A stretch of DNA of 64,000 nucleotides, taken from positions 32,001-96,000 of the IMG/VR virus record IMGVR_UViG_3300013125_000003; one strand, 5' to 3'. Below the pieces are notes generated by a model. That model saw only the letters and a list, made by a program, of their open reading frames with translations. It searched no databases and was not told the origin of the DNA. Numbering within the stretch: the first letter of the stretch is position 1; each line of letters begins with the position of its first letter. The translations under genes and the position numbers were made by a program. Below, in pieces: positions 18,235 to 27,385 of the stretch. The stretch comes from a virus.

Positions 18235-20279
18235 TGGCACGATCGTTAGAAGAAATAAGAAGAAAAAACCTGTTCGTAAAATCGTCAACCGACGATTACC
18301 AGGACCCTGTGTTTCTAACGTTTAGAATAGACTTCTTCCCAGCTGAGGAAACCTACCCATTTGGGGATGGTCTTACCAACTCGTGCTTGCTGAAACCTAT
18401 CTCAAGCGACATTGATAAAACCGGAGTAACTGCAATCGGAGACAACAAGATAGTCGAGTACCCAACCATCCAGTGGTTAAACGATTACTACCCGATCGGA
18501 ACCACACCTAGAAACTTACAAAATTTAACGCCGGCTGCTGCTTTGGCACGCTTTAGCAACTTGCTAGCTGAAGTTCAGGATTCTCCTTGGTACTTTCAAT
18601 CGATTCAAGGAATCGGAGATCTTTGGAAAGCTCTGCACAGAGTAAAGGAAGGAAATCAAAAGACTACTCTGACCATAAATTGCATCGATTCAGTAAAGCA
18701 ACCTCTTACTGAACTAGCTGAAATGTACAGGTACGCTATGTACGATAACGAAAGGTTGTCTTACCGAGTTCCTGACAACCAAAGATGGTTCGACATGGTA
18801 ATAGATCTTATCGAAATTAGGGACATTGCTGACTATTCTGGACAGTTTTTTCAAGCCGATTCCGAAGGAAATTTAACGTCTGGCCTTAGAATGGTGCAGT
18901 TTCGCTGCAAGATGTGTGAGTTCGATTTCGGAAACTTTCTAGGAGGTTCACAATCGGACCACAAGATCTATACGGAAGAAAAACCATTCTCTCCATCGTT
19001 CGGAATAAACGTCGGCTGGGTAATTCAGGAACCGATATCTCTTAGGGATGCTTACGACTACCGGCAGCTTGGAATGTTTGCCGGAGTTTTAGGAACTCTA
19101 AACAACCGAATAAGCCGGTTCATACAGAACGCAACCAGACTTCCGGCTGCAATAGTTGGATCGGTTCTCAACGAGATACAGACGATGGCTGAAGTTACCG
19201 TCATGGGAAACGTTTACTCTGGAGCAAACGCTTTTCTAAACGACATGAACAACATAAGCGGCGAACTGACCGGGCGAACTCCGCCAGTAGGGCCTCCTCT
19301 TGTCTCAAACATCGGTGAGGACGTTTACCCGACCGTTCCAACTCAGCCAGTTCAAACGATGGGAAGAGCTTACGCGAACGAAGCGCCTATCCCGCCGGTT
19401 GCTAACATGGGAGACCTTTACCAGGACGTTCCTACCCCAGCCGTTTCAAACATTGGGGACATTTACGAACCGGTTCAGCCTACCGAAGTCAACAACATTG
19501 GGGACATTTACCCGACCGAACCACCGGCACCTACTGTCAACGAGATGGGAGACTTGTACGAGGACGTTCCGCCTACTCAAGTTAGTGAGATCGGAGACAT
19601 CTACCTTGATGAACCGCCAGCACCAGCAATCGGAGAAATGGGAGACGTTTATCAGGACGTTCCGCCTACTCAAGTTAGTGAGATCGGAGACATCTACCCT
19701 GACGAACCTGCTGCACCGGCGATTTCCGATATGGGCGACATCTACCAGGACGTTCCAGGAATTCAAGTAGAAGAGATCGGAGATGTTTACCCGGACGAAC
19801 CGACAGCACCGTCAGTTTCTGACATGGGAGACACTTACCCTGACGAACCTGCTTCACCTAGCGTAGCTGAGATGGGAGATGCTTACCCAATAGACGAAGC
19901 AACAGTAGGAGTGGGAGAGATCGGTAGTACTTACCCAGATGCTGAAAAGAACCCTGACGTTGGAGAGATAGGAGATGCTTACTTGATCGACGAGGAAACC
20001 AAACCGGTGGAAGATCTCGGAGACGTTTATCAAGACGGTAAGACCGAATCTGTCGATTCAATAGGCGACGTTTACCAACAGACTGAAACGACCGAACCGG
20101 CAGATGACCTAGGAACAGCTTACCCAGCAGCTGAACAAGCTCAACCAGTTGGAGAACTCGGAGACGTTTACCAGGACGTTCCACCAACTAGCGTTGATTT
20201 CATGGGAGATGCTTACCAGAACGACGAAGAAACTCAAAAAATAGACGATCTCGGCGAAATTTACAAAACGCAGAGCTAA
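18234..20279 (+). CDS. Putative tail/baseplate protein with an acidic repeat C-terminal half
   Basis: Globular N-terminal half, then about 21 repeats of [EDN][IML]GD[VIAL]Y. Confidence 0.6.
   Translation: MARSLEEIRRKNLFVKSSTDDYQDPVFLTFRIDFFPAEETYPFGDGLTNSCLLKPISSDIDKTGVTAIGDNKIVEYPTIQWLNDYYPIGTTPRNLQNLTPAAALARFSNLLAEVQDSPWYFQSIQGIGDLWKALHRVKEGNQKTTLTINCIDSVKQPLTELAEMYRYAMYDNERLSYRVPDNQRWFDMVIDLIEIRDIADYSGQFFQADSEGNLTSGLRMVQFRCKMCEFDFGNFLGGSQSDHKIYTEEKPFSPSFGINVGWVIQEPISLRDAYDYRQLGMFAGVLGTLNNRISRFIQNATRLPAAIVGSVLNEIQTMAEVTVMGNVYSGANAFLNDMNNISGELTGRTPPVGPPLVSNIGEDVYPTVPTQPVQTMGRAYANEAPIPPVANMGDLYQDVPTPAVSNIGDIYEPVQPTEVNNIGDIYPTEPPAPTVNEMGDLYEDVPPTQVSEIGDIYLDEPPAPAIGEMGDVYQDVPPTQVSEIGDIYPDEPAAPAISDMGDIYQDVPGIQVEEIGDVYPDEPTAPSVSDMGDTYPDEPASPSVAEMGDAYPIDEATVGVGEIGSTYPDAEKNPDVGEIGDAYLIDEETKPVEDLGDVYQDGKTESVDSIGDVYQQTETTEPADDLGTAYPAAEQAQPVGELGDVYQDVPPTSVDFMGDAYQNDEETQKIDDLGEIYKTQS
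19300..20265 (+). repeat. Coding tandem repeat, about 21 units of 15-16 aa
   Basis: A 45-bp identical segment occurs at 19561-19605 and 19654-19698 (93-nt period, i.e. two units). Confidence 0.9.
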
Positions 20280-20298
20280 AATTTAGTAGAAGAACAGC

Positions 20299-21105
20299 AT
20301 GAGACACAGCGAAGAAGGCATAGCTGGAATACCTGGCGAGGAAACTTTCGTATCGACTTACATGGGTGTGGTGGAGGACATCGACGACCCAAACTACGAG
20401 GGTAGGTGCAGGATCAGAGTGTTCTCCGTGTTCGATGACCTGCCTACAGAGGACATACCTTGGGCAGTTCCGGCAGCAAAACCTATGTTCTTCGGACAGG
20501 ACGCAAAGGCCGGATCGATTTCCATACCGAAGGTTGGAGCTATCGTAAAAGTTAGGTTCGCAACCGGAGACATTTACACGCCCGAGTACATTCAGATCCA
20601 AGAGCTGGGAGACGACATCAAGGAACAGCTTAGAAAGGGAGGTTCCAAGTACGAGGGAGCTCACTTCGTCCTGTTCGACGGTGACGAGGAAATAAAAGTC
20701 TGGTTCGACAAGCAGATCGGCTTGCAGATAGAGTTGAAAAAATCTTTCGTAAGGATAGACAACGAAACGTCAAACGTTCTCATTGAGCACAAGGACAACT
20801 TATCGTCCATATCAATGGAAGGTAACGTGATAAGAATAGTCTCTGATTCCGAAGTCAACGTGACTACCGGTTCTAAGGCTACCGTGTCAGCAAAGACCGT
20901 TCACCTTGACGGTGTCAACACGGTCGTAGGTCACAGCACCATACAACACAGCGCGGTTCTCGGAGAACCTCTGATGGCTCTGCTCAAGACAATAGCAGCT
21001 GCGGTAGACGCAAAGATGCCTTCGACCGCAGGAGCAGTGTCAGCTGCGGTAGAAGCAGCAAAGCCCATGGTCCTTTCACGGTCCGTTACTATCGGAGCTT
21101 ACTAA
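20299..21105 (+). CDS. Baseplate central spike, gp5-like (OB fold, no lysozyme domain)
   Basis: GVVEDIDDP..EGRCRIRV...IPWA...IPKVGAIVKVRF matches the gp5/VgrG OB signature. Confidence 0.8.
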   Translation: MRHSEEGIAGIPGEETFVSTYMGVVEDIDDPNYEGRCRIRVFSVFDDLPTEDIPWAVPAAKPMFFGQDAKAGSISIPKVGAIVKVRFATGDIYTPEYIQIQELGDDIKEQLRKGGSKYEGAHFVLFDGDEEIKVWFDKQIGLQIELKKSFVRIDNETSNVLIEHKDNLSSISMEGNVIRIVSDSEVNVTTGSKATVSAKTVHLDGVNTVVGHSTIQHSAVLGEPLMALLKTIAAAVDAKMPSTAGAVSAAVEAAKPMVLSRSVTIGAY

Positions 21106-21932
21106 TAAATTATACTGAATTCGTTTTCGCACTGGAAGAGTTTCTGCTCTTCCCTAGGGTCGTTAGTATCACCCAAGTGAGCTTTTGTGAACTTTAAGGA
21201 ACCGGTTTCCACAGACTTTAAGACGTCCTTTTCCAGTTCTGGAAGAAGGTTTCTGTTCGGAAAAAACCTGCTAGAAGCAACGTACTTTCCCAAAAGGTCC
21301 TTTCTTACCATTTCCATGTGGTGCATCGTGATGAATTCCTTCTCAAAGACGAGAGTTTTCCTGTATGAATCGTCAATCATCCCACGAGTTGGGTCTATCC
21401 CAGAAAAGTGAGTCTGGAGAACGTGGTGCCTTGAATTTGCAGTGATGCGGTAGATGAATGGAACTTTCCACCTTGAGTAACCTCGGTGAAGTGTCGGAGT
21501 CACGTAATTGATGTAGTGCACGGCGGTAGCGTCCAACCCGTCAGCTTCTATCTTTTCCTTAGCCCTTGCGAACTCCTCTGCTCTGTAAAACTCGTCAGCG
21601 TCCATCGACAGGTAGTGCGTGCAACCCTCTAGCTTGGCAACTTCCAAGCAGCCTTGCCTCTTGTTAAGTTCGAACTTCTTAGCGTTCATCGCTTCCGCAG
21701 CAGACCTTAGGGAAGTTGGTCTGAACATCGTGAACTCGATGAGTTTGTCTATGAGTCCCGAATTTCTTAGTGATTCGAGTGTCGGTATGAGGTCTGGTGA
21801 AGCTTTGGTGCCACCCCAAGAGATTCTCTGGTAGGAAACGATCACTAGGTCGACGCTCGGTCGAATCGATCGTATCGAATGCTCCAGAGTCTCTAACCCA
21901 TCGAACACTATGTAGCCTGCTGCCAGTTTCAT
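21102..21932 (-). CDS. GT-A fold glycosyltransferase
   Basis: LEHSIRSIRPSVDLVIV; DxD motif in SMDADEFY. Confidence 0.7.
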   Translation of the reverse strand: MKLAAGYIVFDGLETLEHSIRSIRPSVDLVIVSYQRISWGGTKASPDLIPTLESLRNSGLIDKLIEFTMFRPTSLRSAAEAMNAKKFELNKRQGCLEVAKLEGCTHYLSMDADEFYRAEEFARAKEKIEADGLDATAVHYINYVTPTLHRGYSRWKVPFIYRITANSRHHVLQTHFSGIDPTRGMIDDSYRKTLVFEKEFITMHHMEMVRKDLLGKYVASSRFFPNRNLLPELEKDVLKSVETGSLKFTKAHLGDTNDPREEQKLFQCENEFSIIY

Positions 21933-22237
21933 TTCTTTAGCTTCTCTACCAGGTCGGCGATTTTTTGAACCGAATTGAAGTTGGCCGGAGTGACCTCCGA
22001 TTCCGGAACGGCAACGTTGAATTCCTTTTCTAGGAAGACCACGATGGACACCATCGAAAATGAATCAACGTAACCCCCGCTTACCAGAGGAGTGTCGATC
22101 GATATCGCTTCGCGATCCCGGCAAGAGCACGATTCCCAAGGGAACATGCACGAGGATTCGTGAGTTTTCCTGTTTCCGACTTCCACAAACTCGTCGGTCA
22201 CGTACTGGAGTATCTTGCTAACTGTTTCTGTGTTCAT
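21929..22237 (-). CDS. Acyl/aminoacyl carrier protein (ACP/DltC-like)
   Basis: GYVDSFSMVSIVVFLEKEFNVAVPESEVTPANFNSVQKI, with the phosphopantetheine Ser motif DS. Confidence 0.8.
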   Translation of the reverse strand: MNTETVSKILQYVTDEFVEVGNRKTHESSCMFPWESCSCRDREAISIDTPLVSGGYVDSFSMVSIVVFLEKEFNVAVPESEVTPANFNSVQKIADLVEKLKK

Positions 22238-22970
22238 CTTCGTATCTTTTAATCAATTTTTTGTACTCAACATTAGCAGATGGATTAACCTTCCAAATAC
22301 TGGGAAGTACTTGCTTTTTCCACTCATAGTAAGGATTGTCTTCCACGTAAAGATCCCAAGTTAAGTGATACGCTAAGTGCTTTCGAGTCGCTACCCATTT
22401 CTTATTCTTAGCATAAACCAAACCGCTGACAGTTGTGTCCTGGTAATGAATTCCTTGGATAAGATCGAGGTTCTCTCTCTTAATCGTTACGAAATTGTTA
22501 GCAGTATTTGTAAAAACTGGACCAGGGATTACTAACGATTTTTTAGAAAGTTCATCGTACTGTTCAGTTCCAATTACTCGGTCTGCTCTCAGATAGTAAT
22601 TTCCACGGTAAAGAGAAGCAGAAGAAACTATTGCATCTGGTTGTTCCAAATTTTCGAGTATCTCGGAAAACATTGATTTCACATCGTAAACGTAAAGGTC
22701 GCCGTCCGTTATCGTGATGTATTTGTACTTCTCTAGCAACCACGAAAAATCGTGAATGAAGATGTCTATCGCTTGGTTGGAGATATTATCTTCGAATTGC
22801 ACATAGCCGGTTAGATCAGTCTGCAAAAAATACTCTGCAATTTGATCTGACTTTTCGCTTTTATTTTCAATGATAAAAAAATCGCAATCGGCATTTTTGA
22901 TGGAATCGAACGATTTTTTAATGATGTCTGGATGCAAGTACGTTAAAACTACACAGATATGATCTTTCAT
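22218..22970 (-). CDS. GT2-like glycosyltransferase
   Basis: VVLTY, IIENKS, ITDGDLY (DxD). Confidence 0.65.
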   Translation of the reverse strand: MKDHICVVLTYLHPDIIKKSFDSIKNADCDFFIIENKSEKSDQIAEYFLQTDLTGYVQFEDNISNQAIDIFIHDFSWLLEKYKYITITDGDLYVYDVKSMFSEILENLEQPDAIVSSASLYRGNYYLRADRVIGTEQYDELSKKSLVIPGPVFTNTANNFVTIKRENLDLIQGIHYQDTTVSGLVYAKNKKWVATRKHLAYHLTWDLYVEDNPYYEWKKQVLPSIWKVNPSANVEYKKLIKRYEDEHRNS

Positions 22971-22971
22971 G

Positions 22972-23673
22972 TTACTTTACTATTTCAGGTCGGCGATACG
23001 TTGTTCCTCCGCCGTTTCTCTTGGCTGTGATAACGTTAACAAATATGCCGTATTCTCCTCGATCTTCCATGAACTTTTTGATTCGGTTCCACATATCAGC
23101 GTCAGCTGCGTAAGATTTTCCCGTTTCCTCTATCATGTTTCTGAAAAACATTCCAAAGTGCCTGTAATTTACGCAAGTTGAAACTTTGAACAGTCGATTG
23201 GTTTCAGGCCGATACTCGGTGTAAAGTTTGTCCGTTTCAATCGGTGGGTAAGCTCCGCACTTAGTCGAAACAAAATTAGTCCCCGTAGCTTCTATGCAAT
23301 CGGAAATTTCCTTAAGGTGATTTTCCAAAAACATATCATCGTGATCTAGGTGGCAAACGTAATCGTACCCTTCGTTTAGCGCTTTTCTGATCCCAACGTT
23401 AGACGCGTTTACTCCGCCGGTTCGCCAAAGGTCCATTCCTGAGTACTTGATACGTTCACCCGCGGCTGGGAGGTTTTCCACGTAAATTTTGCTGGTATCA
23501 ACTATCTCAGCTAACTCAAACAACTCGTCTGATTTGGAATAATCGTCTCCTATCAAAAAAAGTTTGTAGTCTTGGTGAGTTTGGTTCTTAACAGACTCCA
23601 GCGCTAATTTTAAGTGGGTAGCAGTTGACCCATCTAGTTTAAAGTACGTTGGCGTTACTATCGCTAGCTTCAT
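22972..23673 (-). CDS. GT2 glycosyltransferase
   Basis: IVTPTY, ALESVKNQT, HLDHDD. Confidence 0.85.
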   Translation of the reverse strand: MKLAIVTPTYFKLDGSTATHLKLALESVKNQTHQDYKLFLIGDDYSKSDELFELAEIVDTSKIYVENLPAAGERIKYSGMDLWRTGGVNASNVGIRKALNEGYDYVCHLDHDDMFLENHLKEISDCIEATGTNFVSTKCGAYPPIETDKLYTEYRPETNRLFKVSTCVNYRHFGMFFRNMIEETGKSYAADADMWNRIKKFMEDRGEYGIFVNVITAKRNGGGTTYRRPEIVK

Positions 23674-24871
23674 CGAGTTTTTTCTTATTTTTAATGACGC
23701 TGAACCTTTTCTTTATTCCTGGGAAAGTTTGATACGGAACTCCGAGTTTTTCTGACACAGCTTTGCACATAGCCAACTCGTCAGCTCGGTGAGTATCGTC
23801 AAAGATAATGGTCACGTCTGTGTTGAACAGGTCCAAATTTTCCGAAAAACCAGTTCGGTTTCCCTTTCCGATCCATGGGCCATCGACCAATATGACATCG
23901 TACGTTAAACTAAGCAAAGATTTTTCAAGGACTGCTCGATCGTACCATTGACCGTTTAATGGAGCGTATATGTACGTTGACTTATCTGTTAGATTCATCC
24001 ACTCTGGGTCATTCTCTATGCTTATCATCTTGTACCTTTTAGCCAGATCGATGGTTCCGTAACCACTTCCTAATTCTAAGATGGTAGCACCAGGTAAAAT
24101 GTTGCGAAATACCCATCCGTAAAGTTTAGAATCGATAGCAAAACCTGGCGTCTTTTTTATTCCGTACTCCAAAAGCTTTCGGTTGATCGAAATTTTTGGA
24201 ATAGCCACACCGCGCACCCGGTTAGAAATATTTTCGCCATGAATGATTTGTAGAACTTCTAAATTCGAAACTTTTGTTCCGATCATCTTTTCTTTTATCC
24301 GACCATGCCCAGAGTAAATGCCAATTCCTGGAGAATCGGTCAGAATGGACGTAAATGGAGAAGTTCTATCACCGTACTTGGCAGTAGTAAAAATGTTGCT
24401 AACTGGATCGTACATACTGTAATGATCCACGTCAAAGTAAAAATTAGAGAGTTCTTCAGCTTTACCCAAGTACTCATTTGCTTTTTTCTGAAGAGTGTCT
24501 ACAAAATCTCTAGAATAACAATCGTCTCGATCCAATCTAGAAAGAAGGTAAATTCTTTCCTCAACGTTTTCAGTTATGAATTTTTCGATAGCCGAACCCA
24601 ACTCAGAAACCTGGCTGATCCTAATGACATGCTCGTTTGGCAAAACTGGTCCAACCTCTGTCACACTTTCGTCGACAATGGTCAAAAGAATAAAGTTTTT
24701 ATTGCTCTGATTTTTCAGAGAAGGTCGACAGTACGTGTCGTACAGGCTTATGCTATTCTTTAACCATTTTTCCCACTCTAAACCCAACTTGGATTTGCAG
24801 ATGAGCTCTCCATTTTCGTCGTACCATTTCATGGCTACTCTAGAAATGATGATGTGCTTGTACTTTTTCAT
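23639..24871 (-). CDS. Fusion of a glycosyltransferase (rhamnosyltransferase-like GT-A) and a class I SAM methyltransferase
   Basis: N-terminal PSLKNQSNKNF and RLDRDD; C-terminal ILELGSGYGT, YDVILVDGP, IIFDD. Confidence 0.75.
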   Translation of the reverse strand: MKKYKHIIISRVAMKWYDENGELICKSKLGLEWEKWLKNSISLYDTYCRPSLKNQSNKNFILLTIVDESVTEVGPVLPNEHVIRISQVSELGSAIEKFITENVEERIYLLSRLDRDDCYSRDFVDTLQKKANEYLGKAEELSNFYFDVDHYSMYDPVSNIFTTAKYGDRTSPFTSILTDSPGIGIYSGHGRIKEKMIGTKVSNLEVLQIIHGENISNRVRGVAIPKISINRKLLEYGIKKTPGFAIDSKLYGWVFRNILPGATILELGSGYGTIDLAKRYKMISIENDPEWMNLTDKSTYIYAPLNGQWYDRAVLEKSLLSLTYDVILVDGPWIGKGNRTGFSENLDLFNTDVTIIFDDTHRADELAMCKAVSEKLGVPYQTFPGIKKRFSVIKNKKKLDEASDSNANVL

Positions 24872-26329
24872 TTAGTCTATTTTTTCGTATTTTCCAGTGA
24901 TCCTAGGAATAAAAACCTCCTCCGGTTGGTAGTGAGGTTTTATCATTTTTTTGTAGCTTTTACGAAGCTCTGATTCGAAATCAGTGTTCGGGTTTAGGGT
25001 TAAGCTCTGTTGGTGAAGTCTACGGTAGAAAACCGAATCTTTTAGCACAGAAACCGAAGCTAGCCAGCTGACTCTTTGGATGAACTCTGTGTCCGCTCCG
25101 CACTTCCATGCTTGGTACCCACCAGCGACCTCATCAAGTACTTGTTTCTTTATGCACATGATTCCGTGCGCAACATTTATCTTAGCTTCAACCGCACCGC
25201 CTGTCCTAAAGTTATTGTACGAAAGTCTAAGAACTTCACTGTTCAAATTATCTGCCACTTGCTTTACCAAAAATTCGCGCATGACATCGTCTGAATCGAA
25301 CCTAATTATGTATTCTTTAGTTGCTTGGGAGATTAGCGTGTTCGTCGTAATGTACGTTCCTGAATTCTCAAGCATCATGTACACTGATAAATTTCGGTAC
25401 TTTTTCTTTATCTCTAGTAGCTTACTTAAAGTTTCCTGGCACCCATCAACTCCGACGATAACTTCAAAATCATCGTACCCTTTGAAGTAAGATTGGCTCT
25501 CTATCGAATCTAAACACTCCTCAATGTAATCAGCAGTCTTGTATGCAGTTACCACTATGCTGAAAGTCTTTTTAATTGGATTTTCAGTCGTTGTAGTTGT
25601 AGTTTGAAACAGAGAATCTGAAAATTTCGGGTATTTCTTTTTCTTTAATGAGCTGAGAGTGATAAGAGTCTGCTTTCTGCTGTAATCGTTGATCATTGCG
25701 TGAGCTCTTTTTGATGTGTGTTCTTCCATGCTGGTCGTGTCAATAGCGATGACGCTATCTGTCTGAAGAGCAGAAAGGTTGGAATCGTTAAGGAGCTTTC
25801 CGCTGACTATCTGCTTAGAACTAACGATCTTTGGAATCAAAAAATTATTCTTTACCACGTACGAAAATTCAACCTCAGTTATCGAAGAAACGGATGATCG
25901 TCTGACCGACGAAAAAGCTAAGTTGAACTGATCTCCTGCTTTAACGTAACACAATTTAGTAGAAAGATTTCCTTGGTGTTGCCTAAAAAATAATCCGGAA
26001 TTTTCCGGTAAGACAAATGAGTTTATTAAGAACATTCTAGGATCAACGTAGAGTCGATCGTGCTCATGATAAGTTAACAAAAACTCAACGAAGTATGGAT
26101 TCTCTTCTACCACACTTGTTCCGGTTGGAGACCGGTGAATGTTAACTTCGATTAAGGAAACAATGGCAAAGAATTTATCGACCAGTTCTAACTCTCTACG
26201 CGGCATTCTTCCCCTAGTCATTATCACCAGCTCAAGGTTTTCCCCTCCAAGCACTGAAGCAATTGACCTGATTGATTTGGCAAAGAAATTTTTTGCCGAA
26301 TCATCGTAATAAGTGAAAACCTTTAGCAT
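24872..26329 (-). CDS. Two-domain glycosyltransferase (degenerate GT-like N-terminus plus GT2)
   Basis: C-terminal SIVVTAYKTADYIEECLDSI and RFDSDD. Confidence 0.8.
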   Translation of the reverse strand: MLKVFTYYDDSAKNFFAKSIRSIASVLGGENLELVIMTRGRMPRRELELVDKFFAIVSLIEVNIHRSPTGTSVVEENPYFVEFLLTYHEHDRLYVDPRMFLINSFVLPENSGLFFRQHQGNLSTKLCYVKAGDQFNLAFSSVRRSSVSSITEVEFSYVVKNNFLIPKIVSSKQIVSGKLLNDSNLSALQTDSVIAIDTTSMEEHTSKRAHAMINDYSRKQTLITLSSLKKKKYPKFSDSLFQTTTTTTENPIKKTFSIVVTAYKTADYIEECLDSIESQSYFKGYDDFEVIVGVDGCQETLSKLLEIKKKYRNLSVYMMLENSGTYITTNTLISQATKEYIIRFDSDDVMREFLVKQVADNLNSEVLRLSYNNFRTGGAVEAKINVAHGIMCIKKQVLDEVAGGYQAWKCGADTEFIQRVSWLASVSVLKDSVFYRRLHQQSLTLNPNTDFESELRKSYKKMIKPHYQPEEVFIPRITGKYEKID

Positions 26330-26359
26330 TTACTGGCTTTTCTTTTATTTAATTCAAGT

Positions 26360-26386
26360 AAACTTGAAGCACATTTTTAGTAATAT
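26360..26386 (+). promoter_or_regulatory. Bipartite promoter AAACT-N16-TAATAT
   Basis: Motif match upstream of dnaJ. Confidence 0.6.
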
Positions 26387-26407
26387 ACTCGAAAAACGGA
26401 GATAGAT

Positions 26408-27319
26408 TTGGCCGAGGAAACTTATTATTCGGTACTTGGAGTAAAAAAGGACGCTAATCAGCACGATATAAAGAAAGCTTTCAGAAAGCTTTCAAAAGAG
26501 TATCACCCTGACAAGAATCCGAAGGGTGAGGAGCAGTTCAAAAAGATCAACGAAGCTTACTCGGTTCTCAGCGATCCGAAAAAACGTCAGCTTTACGACA
26601 CGACCGGTTCCGCAAAGGAACGCGTGCCTCCTGTCGGAGACCCGTACTCAGATTACTTCAGCCAGTTCAGGAACGTCGCGTTCTCGATGATGAACCTTGA
26701 GTACCTGAACATTCACGTTGACCGGCACTTCAAGCTCTCTGATCTCATGAACGGAATCGAGGACACAGTAACCTACTCAATCTCCAAAGCGAGCTTAGCC
26801 ACCTCCAAAGTTGAGGAAAAGAGCATTAAGTACTTTGTCAACATGTCTGAACGCGGTTACCCGTTAGCCATGATAGGCGATAATATAGGAATAGTCGTGC
26901 GCGTGCGCGGGGGAGGTTCCAGCCAGGAAATCGACGGGTTTGACGATGTTTTCAAGAGGCGTCAGCACGGAATAGCGACCGGCGACCTATTCATCAGGAT
27001 CATCATAGACATGGAAGGGCTCGAGATAACCGAGACTTCTGACCTAGTTCAGACGGTTGACGTTTCGGTGTACGACGTCCTGTTCACCGAGGAACTCGTC
27101 CTAGAGAACCCGTTCGGCAAAAAGTACAAGATAAAGACTATCAACTCTCCTGCTCTCTCTAACATTCAGGTTAGAATTCCGGAGCAGGGTCTCGTTTCCG
27201 CTATGGGAAAGCGAGGATCCTACATATTCAGGCTGAACGTCACCAGACCTGACATTTCCAAACTTAGTGAAGAAAAACTAGCCCTTCTTAAAGAATTACT
27301 TAGAGACCTTGATAAATAA
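26408..27319 (+). CDS. dnaJ: DnaJ-like co-chaperone (J domain plus C-terminal domain, no Zn finger)
   Basis: YYSVLGV...[18 protein letters not shown]...[14 protein letters not shown]; GDLFIRI. Confidence 0.9.
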   Translation: MAEETYYSVLGVKKDANQHDIKKAFRKLSKEYHPDKNPKGEEQFKKINEAYSVLSDPKKRQLYDTTGSAKERVPPVGDPYSDYFSQFRNVAFSMMNLEYLNIHVDRHFKLSDLMNGIEDTVTYSISKASLATSKVEEKSIKYFVNMSERGYPLAMIGDNIGIVVRVRGGGSSQEIDGFDDVFKRRQHGIATGDLFIRIIIDMEGLEITETSDLVQTVDVSVYDVLFTEELVLENPFGKKYKIKTINSPALSNIQVRIPEQGLVSAMGKRGSYIFRLNVTRPDISKLSEEKLALLKELLRDLDK

Positions 27320-27357
27320 AGTTAGCTGAGGGCCCGTATTTTGATACGAGGCTCGCT

Positions 27358-27365
27358 AATAAATA
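27358..27365 (+). promoter_or_regulatory. Late promoter AATAAATA (second copy GATAAATA at 27311-27318)
   Basis: Upstream of the head operon. Confidence 0.7.
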
Positions 27366-27385
27366 TCAAAAAAGTCTCAACGAAG

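Noticed and set aside
19300-20265. CRISPR array or DGR template/variable repeat pair
   Set aside because: The repeats are in-frame, degenerate coding units without unique spacers. Differences are not adenine-specific and there is no reverse transcriptase in the window.
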